A model generated the notes under the pieces. The model saw only the letters and a list, made by a program, of their open reading frames with translations, did no database searches and was not told the DNA's origin. A program made the position numbers and the translations under genes. Source: a virus (Duplodnaviria > Caudoviricetes). From it: 34,564 nt of DNA. Numbering within the stretch: the first letter of the stretch is position 1; every line of letters begins with the position of its first letter. The DNA lies in IMG/VR virus record IMGVR_UViG_3300037722_000464, positions 1-34,564 of that record. The stretch is one strand, 5' to 3'. This document shows positions 25,191 through 33,340 of this stretch, piece after piece.

Positions 25191-25415
25191 ATGTCGACCC
25201 TGTGGGTCGTCGCCGGAGCGGTGCTGCTGTTGGTATGCCTGGTCGCCCTCGTGGTCGTCCAGGCCTACCGCCGCGGCCGCCAGGAGGAAAAACAACGTGC
25301 CAACACCGCCGCCGAAACCCTGCGCCGCAACCGTGCGCAAGTGGATGATGACGTGCGCCGCACTCCTGGCCCTGATGTCCATGAGTGCCTGCGCAAGAAC
25401 TGGAGCCGCGACTGA
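25191..25415 (+). CDS. Inner-membrane spanin (Rz-like)
   Basis: N-terminal TM, short coiled region, ends LRKNWSRD; overlapped by a lipoprotein ORF. Confidence 0.7.
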   Translation: MSTLWVVAGAVLLLVCLVALVVVQAYRRGRQEEKQRANTAAETLRRNRAQVDDDVRRTPGPDVHECLRKNWSRD

Positions 25416-25524
25416 TTGCCTGTGGATCAAACCGATCTACATCAGCACCCAAGACCAGCTCACCCTCGAAACCGCCCGCCAGATCCTCAGCCACAATATC
25501 GCCTGGGAAAGAGCCTGTCGATAA
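25345..25524 (+). CDS. Outer-membrane spanin lipoprotein (Rz1-like)
   Basis: MMTCAALLALMSMSA-C lipobox; DCLWIKPI...DQLT.ETARQILSHN..W...C; overlaps the i-spanin in another frame. Confidence 0.78.
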   Translation: MMTCAALLALMSMSACARTGAATDCLWIKPIYISTQDQLTLETARQILSHNIAWERACR

Positions 25525-25545
25525 GGTGGACGTTGGTGGACGCCG

Positions 25546-25585
25546 AAAAAGAAAAAGGGGTTACGGAATTAAACCGTAACCCCTT
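25546..25585 (-). terminator. Intrinsic terminator downstream of the tRNA fragment and int
   Basis: 12-bp stem AAGGGGTTACGG (25555-66)/CCGTAACCCCTT (25574-85) followed by a U tract on the minus strand. Confidence 0.85.
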
Positions 25586-25593
25586 GTATTTTC

Positions 25594-25639
25594 TGGTGCC
25601 CAGAGACGGAATCGAACCGCCGACACGAGGATTTTCAGT
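25594..25639 (-). other. attP: attP core: 3' half of tRNA-Phe(GAA)
   Basis: Minus strand ACTGAAAATCCTCGTGTCGGCGGTTCGATTCCGTCTCTGGGCACCA contains the anticodon loop, T arm, acceptor 3' strand and CCA. The 5' half is absent; abuts int. Confidence 0.92.
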
Positions 25640-26840
25640 TTTTAGTTTGTTTCTTGGGGGCTGGTGGGGTGGCGGGTTTGCGGGGGGTTGGGTTGTCCCG
25701 GGTGGACTTTGGTTCTACGAAGGCGCTGAATTTTTCGGATTCGGTTTGGAGGAAGGGGGCCATGTGGGTGTAAATCTCGGTGGTCTTGATGGTGGAGTGG
25801 CCCATGATTTCTTGTACGGTGCGCAGGTTCATGCCGGAGGCTACGGCGTGGGTGCCGAAGTTGTGGCGCAGGAGGTGATGATAGACCCGCTTGTCGATGC
25901 CGGCTTTTTCGGCGGCTCGGAGTAGGGCCTTGCGGATGCTGTACCAGGGTTTGCCGGTGTGGGGATTGATGCAGAGGTGGCCGGTTCGGTTGGTCTGAAG
26001 GGCGTCTTCGAGGGACTGGCGCAGCCGGCGGGTGGTGATCGGGACGATTCGCTCTTTGTCGCCTTTGCCGCGGACGTAGAGGAGCCCGAAACCCAGGTCG
26101 ACATCCTGGGCGCGGATGCCGAGGTATTTGCCGCCGCCGAGGACTTCGGCGCGGCGCAGACCGCCGTCGTTGTAGAGGAGGAAGGTCAGGCGGTACTGCG
26201 GTTCGAGATGTTCGAGGAGGGTGTTGACTTCATCGGGGTGCAGCGGTCGGGCCCGGGCGGCGGTGGTTTGTTTGACGGGGAAGAGTTTGACGCGGATCGG
26301 GTCGCAGTAGCGGTGCTCGGCGGCCCACTTGAAAAAGCCGGAGAGGTAGGAGAGTTCTTTGTTGATGGTGCGCTTGCTGATCGTGCGGGTCTGTTCGGTG
26401 TGGCGCAGGGCATAGGCGGTGTCGCTTTCGCCCTTGCGGCGCTTGGGCTCGACGCGGGTGGCCAGGCGCTGGCCCTTGTATTGTTCGATGAGGCTGGGGG
26501 TGATTTCGGCGAGGTAGAGAGGCCCGAAGAAGGGGACCAGGCGCACCAGGGAGCAGTTGAGATCTTTGCAGGTGCTGGCTTCGTGATCGTTGGCGTATTC
26601 CTGTTTCCAGTCGCCGAGCAGATCATAGACCTTGGGATTGATCATCGACACCGGTTCACGCCGGGAGAGACGGCGGAGCTCCATCTCGAGGGCGAGGGCT
26701 TCGGCCTTGGTGTGCGGGTGGTCGACGCTGCCGAATTCGCGGCGGAGCCGGGGCCCTTTGCGTCCCTGGGGGCGGTAGTCGATGATCCAGACGCCGGGGA
26801 TGCTTTCGCCGGCTGGATCGGTTTTGGGTTTGACAGCCAT
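25635..26840 (-). CDS. int: Tyrosine integrase
   Basis: GLRRAE, GKGDKER, HLLRH, MGHS..TTEIYTH catalytic residues; N-terminal arm-binding-like domain; ends in attP. Confidence 0.95.
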   Translation of the reverse strand: MAVKPKTDPAGESIPGVWIIDYRPQGRKGPRLRREFGSVDHPHTKAEALALEMELRRLSRREPVSMINPKVYDLLGDWKQEYANDHEASTCKDLNCSLVRLVPFFGPLYLAEITPSLIEQYKGQRLATRVEPKRRKGESDTAYALRHTEQTRTISKRTINKELSYLSGFFKWAAEHRYCDPIRVKLFPVKQTTAARARPLHPDEVNTLLEHLEPQYRLTFLLYNDGGLRRAEVLGGGKYLGIRAQDVDLGFGLLYVRGKGDKERIVPITTRRLRQSLEDALQTNRTGHLCINPHTGKPWYSIRKALLRAAEKAGIDKRVYHHLLRHNFGTHAVASGMNLRTVQEIMGHSTIKTTEIYTHMAPFLQTESEKFSAFVEPKSTRDNPTPRKPATPPAPKKQTKN

Positions 26841-26846
26841 ATTGTT

Positions 26847-27182
26847 TTATAAATGTCGGTTGAATAAAAGAGTGTAAAAACGAGACATCGTGCCAATTTT
26901 AATAAAAAATGTAACAATCATGAAAATGATAAAAGGTATCCAAAAAATAAAATCTTCATAAAACCACCTATCAAGTTCAAATAGGTGATATGCACCGATT
27001 GACATTAGAATACTTGAAACAATTCCATATAACGGTGTAAGTGATAAACCAAGACAAGAAATTATCGGATTTCTGGATAGGCCGAGGAGGCAAAGAAAAA
27101 GACATAAGAGACATGTGATAATTGTACCTGTGCAGAAACCAATTACACTAGAACCTAAAATCTCATTCACAATATCCTCCAC
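26847..27182 (-). CDS. AT-rich multi-TM membrane protein in the lysogeny operon
   Basis: About three hydrophobic segments; strongly AT-rich relative to flanks; between repressor and int. Confidence 0.7.
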   Translation of the reverse strand: MEDIVNEILGSSVIGFCTGTIITCLLCLFLCLLGLSRNPIISCLGLSLTPLYGIVSSILMSIGAYHLFELDRWFYEDFIFWIPFIIFMIVTFFIKIGTMSRFYTLLFNRHL

Positions 27183-27183
27183 C

Positions 27184-27588
27184 CTAGCCGTTTGACTTCC
27201 GCTCTAAGTTCAACCCCTTCGATTCCTTTTCCTGCCCTTCTCTTCCGTGTGATTCGCGTAACGCCAACAGCATATCCTCGATGCTTTCCATGATTCTCTC
27301 CTGCCTTCGTTCGTCCAGTTGGCTGAACGCAGAGAGAAGTTGTTCTTCTTTTTTAGATAGTCCCCTTCCCGCGGTCTTGTCCCACTGTGGGGCGTCCCCT
27401 TCTGCGACAAACTCGGAAATAGGCAGGTGGTAGGCGTTGGCCAGTTTTACGATGATATCGAGGGTTGGTTTTGTTTCGGTGTAGAGCAATTTGTAAATGG
27501 TTCCCTGGCTGATCCCCGCCTTGCGGGCTATGTCAACCTGCTTTTCTCCCTCCTGAACCTTCTTCTTTACCAGATCGCGAATGTCCAT
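27184..27588 (-). CDS. CI-like repressor (XRE HTH)
   Basis: QVDIARKAGISQGTIYKL..PTLDIIVKLA; divergent from cro; no S24 peptidase domain seen. Confidence 0.85.
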   Translation of the reverse strand: MDIRDLVKKKVQEGEKQVDIARKAGISQGTIYKLLYTETKPTLDIIVKLANAYHLPISEFVAEGDAPQWDKTAGRGLSKKEEQLLSAFSQLDERRQERIMESIEDMLLALRESHGREGQEKESKGLNLERKSNG

Positions 27589-27616
27589 TGTCCCCCCTAA
27601 AATCAGTGTTGGGATT

Positions 27617-27677
27617 TTACTACATTATTTGTATTGACATCGTATTTACTCTGTAGTAATTTCTGACTACACAGCAA
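27617..27677. promoter_or_regulatory. Immunity switch: rightward promoter and operators
   Basis: TTGACA (27634-39), 17 nt, TAATTT (27657-62). Operator-like TTACTCTGTAGTAA (27646-59), TGACTACACAGCAA (27664-77) and a half site at 27617. Confidence 0.75.
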
Positions 27678-27687
27678 CGAGGACGCC

Positions 27688-27882
27688 ATGGAATTTCATT
27701 CTGAAAAGATCCGCATGTTGCGGAAAAAAAACCATCTGAGCCAGCAAGCTCTGGGCGAGTTGTCCGGGATAGATCAGCGCCAACTCAGCCGGTATGAGAC
27801 TGGGGTAAATGTCCCGACTAAGAAGAATCTGCATCGCCTGGCCTCGGCCTTGAATGTTCCCGAACGCATTTTTTTTACGTAG
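27688..27882 (+). CDS. Cro-like XRE HTH protein
   Basis: LSQQALGELSGIDQRQLSRYETG..P; first gene of the rightward operon. Confidence 0.88.
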   Translation: MEFHSEKIRMLRKKNHLSQQALGELSGIDQRQLSRYETGVNVPTKKNLHRLASALNVPERIFFT

Positions 27883-27939
27883 TCAATTTACTGCGTGGTA
27901 AACAGGCCGTCACAGGCAATTCACCGGACAGGGGGCACC

Positions 27940-28248
27940 GTGGAACAGCAGCTGATCGAGGCGATCAAAAAGACCGTTGACGAGTGTTTGAGATCGTACC
28001 GCCGGGGCAAGCAGTATCTGGACGGGCGGGCCAACGGTATGGAGATGTATCTCTTCGTCTTTCATGACGTTTTGGGCCGGTTGGATGGCGTGATTATGGT
28101 CGTGCATTACCTTCCGGAGACGCTCCAGACAGATGTTGGGGAGCTTATTACGGCGGCGCAAAAGACGATTTGGGCTGAGGACTCCATTCAGATCGGGGCG
28201 ACGGTCGAAGAGAAACGGGCGTTGGCTCTGAAGGCGGTGAGCGCATGA
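27940..28248 (+). CDS. Hypothetical early protein
   Basis: AGGGGG SD then GTG 27940; ATGA coupling to the next gene. Confidence 0.65.
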   Translation: MEQQLIEAIKKTVDECLRSYRRGKQYLDGRANGMEMYLFVFHDVLGRLDGVIMVVHYLPETLQTDVGELITAAQKTIWAEDSIQIGATVEEKRALALKAVSA

Positions 28249-28628
28249 CACCGAACGAGATCAGCGACGAGTTGGTGAGGGAGCTGCCGGACTTTCGCGC
28301 GGCGATCCGGGCCTGTCTGTTGTTTTCGGGAAAGCAGATAAAGGGGGTGGCTTTTGATCTGGGGATCGAGCCGAGCCACCTGTCGAAGATGGTGAACGCG
28401 GGGGAGGAACCGCGGCACTTCCCTCCTGAAAAAATCCCGTTGCTGATGTCGGTGTGCGGCAACGAGATCCCGCTGCGCTGGCTGTCGCTGTCGCGTGGTT
28501 ATCCCTCTCCGGCCCGGGTGTTGTCCCTGGAGGCGGAACTGGAGCGGCTGCGGGCGGAGAACGCCCAGCTGCGGGGTGAGAGCAAGGTTCTGATCAACGT
28601 CTTTAAAACCGTGGAGATTGGCAAATGA
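28245..28628 (+). CDS. CII-like HTH regulator with C-terminal coiled coil
   Basis: KGVAFDLGIEPSHLSKM...RHFPPEKIPLLMSVCGNEIPLRWL; CII position. Confidence 0.7.
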   Translation: MTPNEISDELVRELPDFRAAIRACLLFSGKQIKGVAFDLGIEPSHLSKMVNAGEEPRHFPPEKIPLLMSVCGNEIPLRWLSLSRGYPSPARVLSLEAELERLRAENAQLRGESKVLINVFKTVEIGK

Positions 28629-28810
28629 CGACGGAGCAGAGACTGAGGGCGATGGAGAAGCGCCAGGAGGAGCTGGCCAACGAGGTTGCACGGCTGCGGT
28701 CGCGGCTTGGTGAGGGTGAACTGACGGCGATGCAGCAGGTGAACGTGCGGGAGTTGGCTCGGGAGATCCATCTGCACGGCTGGCCGCAACGGCAAAGGGG
28801 GCAGAAATGA
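28625..28810 (+). CDS. Small coiled-coil protein
   Basis: ATGA-coupled on both sides. Confidence 0.65.
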   Translation: MTTEQRLRAMEKRQEELANEVARLRSRLGEGELTAMQQVNVRELAREIHLHGWPQRQRGQK

Positions 28811-29145
28811 AATCAGGCTTTTGGATATTGGCGCTGGTGACGGTGTTGTTGTGGCTGGCGGTGGGTTTTTTGGCTGTCGAAGCGATGACTAATCCTCCCG
28901 AAAACAGGGACAGCGCCGAGCGTCGTCAGGTGGCCTTGCTTTGCTTCGAATCGGGTTCTCTTTCGCGGGAGGAGGCTGTGGATAAGTCTGTGTATAGCCC
29001 ATGTAATCCCGTGTCCAACTTGTTGGACATAGATCAGGCTCTTAAAGCTAAGCATCCAGGGGGCGGGATCAAAACCCCCCGCCGCCCCCTGTGGAAGAAC
29101 CTTAAAAGTTCATTGAAGCAAGCTTCAACGGACAAAAGCATTTGA
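28807..29145 (+). CDS. Hypothetical protein with N-terminal TM; 3' half overlaps candidate origin
   Basis: ATGA coupling; hydrophobic residues 5-24. Confidence 0.5.
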   Translation: MKSGFWILALVTVLLWLAVGFLAVEAMTNPPENRDSAERRQVALLCFESGSLSREEAVDKSVYSPCNPVSNLLDIDQALKAKHPGGGIKTPRRPLWKNLKSSLKQASTDKSI

Positions 29146-29230
29146 GAGCGCAGAGGCAACAAGGCGCTTGTCTCTAATTTGATGGTGTTCGTGTTTTTTC
29201 AGCACAGGGCAAGACCGCGCAAGACCGCGT
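28977..29230. other. Candidate replication origin
   Basis: Perfect DnaA box TGTGGATAA 28977-85, near-box TGTGTATAG 28989-97, palindrome 29012-29, GC hairpin 29057-91 and tandem GCAAGACCGC repeat, all upstream of a wHTH gene. Confidence 0.5.
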
Positions 29231-29277
29231 GAAGAAAGATCACGCCCCGTGCCAAGTGCTGATTCAGGAGGTTTTAC

Positions 29278-29733
29278 GTGACGACAGCAGTTTTCGAGCC
29301 GAATAAAACCAGCTTTGCCATCATGAAGCTGGTGAATGGTTATTTTTGCAAGACCCGCAAGCCCTGGACCCTGATGAGTCAGGTGTGGATTCTCGAAAAG
29401 TTGGACGCCTGGCACGGGATCAAGATTGCCCGCTCGACCCTCAATTACAACCTGAAGATTTTGAGAGAGCAGGGCCTAATCGAGACGGTGACGCGCCATA
29501 AGCGTGACCAGGTGTCGGGTGAGTTCGTGTGTCGGGTGACGCTGTATAAGGCGGCGAAAAAGTTGAGGAAATTCTTTGCCCGTCTGGCTACGTATTTCAA
29601 GCGCTGCAGTTGGATACCGGATATCAAGAGTTTGCGCCAGGGGGCCGTTCCGGTGGTGGGGGCAGCGACGACGCAGGTTGAAGTTTTCGATAAATACGTT
29701 GAGGAAGTCAGGAGACGAAGAAAGAAGAAATGA
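29278..29733 (+). CDS. Winged-HTH protein, candidate replication initiator
   Basis: AGGAGG SD then GTG. SQ..ILE.L...HGIKIARSTLNYNLKILREQGLIE...RH......G......LY pattern; replication-module position. Confidence 0.6.
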   Translation: MTTAVFEPNKTSFAIMKLVNGYFCKTRKPWTLMSQVWILEKLDAWHGIKIARSTLNYNLKILREQGLIETVTRHKRDQVSGEFVCRVTLYKAAKKLRKFFARLATYFKRCSWIPDIKSLRQGAVPVVGAATTQVEVFDKYVEEVRRRRKKK

Positions 29734-30149
29734 CCGGTCCGGATATTCTTGAAATTTTTGCGCGGTTGCAGGCGAAGTTTGCCGATCGCAGGTACAAGGG
29801 CGCCGAGGTGAATGCGGTGTGGGCCGGTCTGTTGCCGTGCTGCCGGGAATCGATGGAGTGGGCGGCGGGTGTGTTGATGAAGAGCGCAAAGAGTTTGCCG
29901 CAGGCCTCGACGGTGCTGGAGCTGACGGTGGAGCAGGAGCGGCGGATGGTGGGGAGTGCGTCGGCTGCGCCATCGGTGAATAAGGATGACCGGGGCCGGG
30001 AAGCCTTGAGACTGATGATTCGATTCAATACCGGGGAGATCAGCGAGAAGGAGTGGATCGCCGAGATGTACCGGATGAGTGAGAAATACAGGGACAGCGA
30101 GTTTGCCGCTGCGGCGCGTGGCCGCGATTTGTCGAGACAGGAGGTTTGA
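29730..30149 (+). CDS. Hypothetical protein (replication-module partner)
   Basis: ATGA-coupled to the wHTH gene. Confidence 0.65.
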   Translation: MTGPDILEIFARLQAKFADRRYKGAEVNAVWAGLLPCCRESMEWAAGVLMKSAKSLPQASTVLELTVEQERRMVGSASAAPSVNKDDRGREALRLMIRFNTGEISEKEWIAEMYRMSEKYRDSEFAAAARGRDLSRQEV

Positions 30150-30150
30150 A

Positions 30151-30465
30151 GTGATGAGTGATCGAATCTGTATTTTTGGGGAGAAGAAGTCTGACGAGGA
30201 GTTTGCCGGGCGGTTTCATGACCTGGTGGCGGCGTCGCCGTTTGATGGTGTGATCATCGAGCGCTCGAGCGTATATCAGTCGGAGGAGAAACCGGGGGCT
30301 TACTTCCGGCTGCGCCTGCTCGGGCATCGTCTGAAGATGAATGTCGTCGTGTTTGTCGATGGCGAAAGGCTGACGGTGGAGGGTGTTTTGAAGGTGATTC
30401 GCAAGCAATTGATGCTCTGGGGCTCGATGGAAGCGCGGAAAAAAATTTACCTGAAAGCCTGCTGA
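30151..30465 (+). CDS. Hypothetical protein
   Basis: AGGAGG SD before GTG 30151/ATG 30154. Confidence 0.6.
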   Translation: MMSDRICIFGEKKSDEEFAGRFHDLVAASPFDGVIIERSSVYQSEEKPGAYFRLRLLGHRLKMNVVVFVDGERLTVEGVLKVIRKQLMLWGSMEARKKIYLKAC

Positions 30466-30566
30466 TACCTAGTGGAAACAATTTGGAAAAAGTATTAGCC
30501 AACTCTTTGATTCACCGGCTCTCAACGTATGAAAAATAATTATCAGTGGAAAGGGGGAAGGGGATT

Positions 30567-30947
30567 ATGGCGGAAATCAGAATGCTCTGTGACAACAGAA
30601 TTGAACTGCAGCGATGGAGCAAGGGATTCGGTGTGGTTGTCGAGTCGCAGGGTGTTGAAATCATGATCGTTGTGCCCGATTTGGCGGCACTTGATCTGTT
30701 GCAGAATGTGCTACCGGGGGCGGTCAGTAATGCCGAATCTGGCTTTGACGTGGTGTTCTATCCGACGACCAGGTTACCCGCTTCAGTGACTCTCTCCTCG
30801 CGCGCGCGGTTGGGAGGAGTGGCGGCGGCAGGCAGCGTGCCGGAACGGGTCCTCGTGCGGTTGGGAGTTGGACACGGAAACCGTGCCGAATTGGACAGAG
30901 AACAAGACGAAATGACACGGATACCGTGCCAAGGGGAAGAGAAATGA
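30567..30947 (+). CDS. Hypothetical protein
   Basis: Purine-rich SD, ATG 30567, ATGA coupling to the next gene. Confidence 0.5.
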   Translation: MAEIRMLCDNRIELQRWSKGFGVVVESQGVEIMIVVPDLAALDLLQNVLPGAVSNAESGFDVVFYPTTRLPASVTLSSRARLGGVAAAGSVPERVLVRLGVGHGNRAELDREQDEMTRIPCQGEEK

Positions 30948-31228
30948 CGGGCGCTGAGTTCAAACAGGCGAGAAACGAGCGGTTGGGGGTGAGTCAGGGG
31001 ACGCTGGCGAAGATGATCCATACCCCGAAACGGACGATTCAGGACTGGGAGACGGCGGAAAGAGTGCCGGGCGTGGCGGCGATGGTGATGACGCTGCTGC
31101 TGCAGCGTGACCGGTGGGTGTTGGAAGGGATCAAGGCGAAGGTTGCCAAGGATATTGACGCGGCGGGAATGATCGTGAGCGAACCGGATCCCGCCTTTAG
31201 CGACGAGGAGGAAGAGGCCCATGGGTAA
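30944..31228 (+). CDS. XRE-family HTH protein
   Basis: MTGAEFKQARNERLGVSQGTLAKMIHTPKRTIQDWE..P. Confidence 0.82.
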   Translation: MTGAEFKQARNERLGVSQGTLAKMIHTPKRTIQDWETAERVPGVAAMVMTLLLQRDRWVLEGIKAKVAKDIDAAGMIVSEPDPAFSDEEEEAHG

Positions 31229-31499
31229 AATCAGTGCCGATCAGCTGCGCGAGTTGATTATTGCCATCATCATCGAGAATGCCGAAGTGCGGGCGTCGGT
31301 GGGGCCGGTGTGGCATCCGCCGTTTATCGACCTGGAGGATCTGCCGGCGGAGTTCGACACGGCCCTGGATGAGATCAACGAGGTGCGGACCGGGCAGAAG
31401 CTGGCGCGGGTTGAGGTGCTGCAGGATTTCAAGACGGCGGTGATCGATACCTTGGTGCGCCGAATGGAGTCGGCGGGCCGTGTTCTGGTCAGGGGGTGA
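31221..31499 (+). CDS. Hypothetical acidic protein
   Basis: Overlaps the previous stop; GAGG SD. Confidence 0.6.
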   Translation: MGKISADQLRELIIAIIIENAEVRASVGPVWHPPFIDLEDLPAEFDTALDEINEVRTGQKLARVEVLQDFKTAVIDTLVRRMESAGRVLVRG

Positions 31500-31502
31500 G
31501 GG

Positions 31503-32582
31503 ATGGCGGCGATTCGGCGGGATGTGCTTAAAAACGGCAAGTCGCGATATCGGGTGCGGGTGCGGGTGAACGGCGGCTATCGCAGCGCCACGAAGCCGAA
31601 CCGGGCCGAGGCGCGGCGCTGGGCTGATGCAACGGAGCGGGAGCTGACGCTGAACCGGCTGTCTCCGTTGGGGCAGTCGGAGATTCTGACCTTCGGCGAC
31701 CTGGTGGATAAGTACCGCCGCCAGGTGCTGCCTTACAAGAAGTGGCGCACTCAGCGGCAGCAGGAGCAACAGCTGCGGTGGTGGGTGGAGTACCTGGGGG
31801 CCGACCGGCCGCTGGTGCGTATCTCGCCGCCGGTGATCAGCGACGCCAAGGAGGCGCTGCTGCCCTTGTCGCCCGGCACGGTCAATCGTTATCTGGCGAT
31901 TCTTTCGCACCTCTTTGCGCAGGCGGTGAAGGAATGGCGCTGTGTCGACAGCAATCCGGTGGCGTCTGTCGGTCGGTTGCCGGAACCTCGAGGGCGGACG
32001 CGCTGGCTGAAGAGCGACGAGCGGCGCCGGTTGATGGACGCCTGCAATGCCACGGATAACCGGTTTTTGGGGACGATTGTTACTCTGGGACTGGCAACGG
32101 GTGCGCGGTCGTCGGAGATTCGGCGGATGCGCTGGGACATGCTCGATCTGTTCCGCTCGATGATGGTCGATGGACGGCAGGTGGAGGTGGGCCGGTATTA
32201 CCTCGAGGAGACGAAGACCGACGAGGCCCGGGCGCTGATCATCTTCGGCGAGGCGCTGCAGCTGATGCGCCGTTTGTATCGAGAGCGTCGCCCGGGGTCG
32301 GTCTGGTGTTTCCCTTCGAGTCGCGAGACGCACCAGCCGATTGATTTTCGGTATGCCTGGGAGCAGGCGCTGATTGCCTCGCGGGTCGAGAACTTCTGTT
32401 TTCATGACTTGCGGCACTCGGCGGCCAGTTATCTGGGGGAGCAGGGGGCGTCTCTGGCACAGATCGGGGCGATCCTCGGTCACAAGACGGCCAACACGAC
32501 GAAGCGCTACACCCATTTTACGAGCAGCGGCACGGAACATCTGGTGGCAAAGATGAACGGTTCTATTTTCGGGAGGGTTTGA
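31503..32582 (+). CDS. Second tyrosine recombinase (phage integrase/Rci-like)
   Basis: TGARSSEI, ETKT, FHDLRH, LGHKT..TKRYTH all intact; N-terminal YRVRVR...EARRWA...E. Confidence 0.93.
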   Translation: MAAIRRDVLKNGKSRYRVRVRVNGGYRSATKPNRAEARRWADATERELTLNRLSPLGQSEILTFGDLVDKYRRQVLPYKKWRTQRQQEQQLRWWVEYLGADRPLVRISPPVISDAKEALLPLSPGTVNRYLAILSHLFAQAVKEWRCVDSNPVASVGRLPEPRGRTRWLKSDERRRLMDACNATDNRFLGTIVTLGLATGARSSEIRRMRWDMLDLFRSMMVDGRQVEVGRYYLEETKTDEARALIIFGEALQLMRRLYRERRPGSVWCFPSSRETHQPIDFRYAWEQALIASRVENFCFHDLRHSAASYLGEQGASLAQIGAILGHKTANTTKRYTHFTSSGTEHLVAKMNGSIFGRV

Positions 32583-32583
32583 A

Positions 32584-33075
32584 GTGGCAAAAATGTTTGT
32601 ACATCGAGTGCATCAACCGAATGACTGGTCTTGCTTTGCCGCGGTGGCGGCAATGATCACCGGGGACGATCTTGAAGATTTCGTGGCACATGTCGGTCAC
32701 GACGGGTCGGCCATAGTCGAGGACGGTCCTTTTGAGGATGGCCGGCAGGGGTTCGCGCTCTGCGAAGTGATCGGGTATCTGGCCAGTCGCGGGTTTGTCA
32801 TGGGGGTGAGCGCCCCGGTGAAGACCAAAATCTCGCGCGTTGGTTGGGCTGGGATACCGATCAGGGTTTTCGTTCCGGCATGGGAGCCCGCTATTCTGAT
32901 CGTGCAGGGGGCCAGATACAATCATGCTGTTTTTTGGACGGGGAGAGAGGTTATTGACCCGAACCCCGAACGATTGAACGATGTCGAGACTCGCAACTAT
33001 GACGTGCTTGAGTGGTGGCCGGTGAAAAGATCAACGACGGGAGCGGGAGGGAAGCATGATGGAACGAGTGCTTGA
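32584..33075 (+). CDS. C39-like (papain-fold) cysteine peptidase
   Basis: Q-PNDWS-C-FAAVAAM, NHAVFW, VIDP (Q/C/H/D set). Confidence 0.65.
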   Translation: MAKMFVHRVHQPNDWSCFAAVAAMITGDDLEDFVAHVGHDGSAIVEDGPFEDGRQGFALCEVIGYLASRGFVMGVSAPVKTKISRVGWAGIPIRVFVPAWEPAILIVQGARYNHAVFWTGREVIDPNPERLNDVETRNYDVLEWWPVKRSTTGAGGKHDGTSA

Positions 33076-33340
33076 ACGATGTCGGCAGATTTACAACCGG
33101 CACAATGAAGAAGAGCAGTTTCGCAAGTTTGCCGAGGAGGTTGACGAGCTGCGGGAGGAGTTCGAGATTGCGCGATTCAAAGGGCGCGGTTTGCACCTGG
33201 CGGGAGAGATGGCGGATGTCTGCATCATGGCGCTGCAACATGCCATGGCCATGAATGAGATGGGCCTGATGATTCGCCAGGTGATCATCGAGAAGCTGGA
33301 CCGGCAGGATCGCCGCGACGGTCTGGCCGGAGGAGAGTGA
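33056..33340 (+). CDS. MazG-like nucleotide pyrophosphohydrolase
   Basis: KFAEEVDEL...LAGEMADV (EExxE...ExxD). Confidence 0.7.
   Translation: MMERVLERCRQIYNRHNEEEQFRKFAEEVDELREEFEIARFKGRGLHLAGEMADVCIMALQHAMAMNEMGLMIRQVIIEKLDRQDRRDGLAGGE

Noticed and set aside
25594-25639. Complete tRNA-Phe gene
   Set aside because: Only the anticodon loop to CCA is present; the D arm and 5' acceptor strand are replaced by int coding sequence. It is an att core.
25635-26840. Integrase as an integron integrase (IntI)
   Set aside because: Box II is Xer/IntI-like, but the IntI-specific insertion after the KGxKxR patch is absent. It has an arm-binding-type N-terminus and is tied to a tRNA attP.
29012-29029. GTCCAAC-TT-GTTGGAC as another attC
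   Set aside because: It matches RYYYAAC/GTTRRRY, but with only 2 nt between and no L boxes. Treated as an origin-region palindrome.
30466-30545. Sigma70 promoter in an AT-rich gap
   Set aside because: Plausible location, but no -35/-10 pair with convincing spacing could be assigned.
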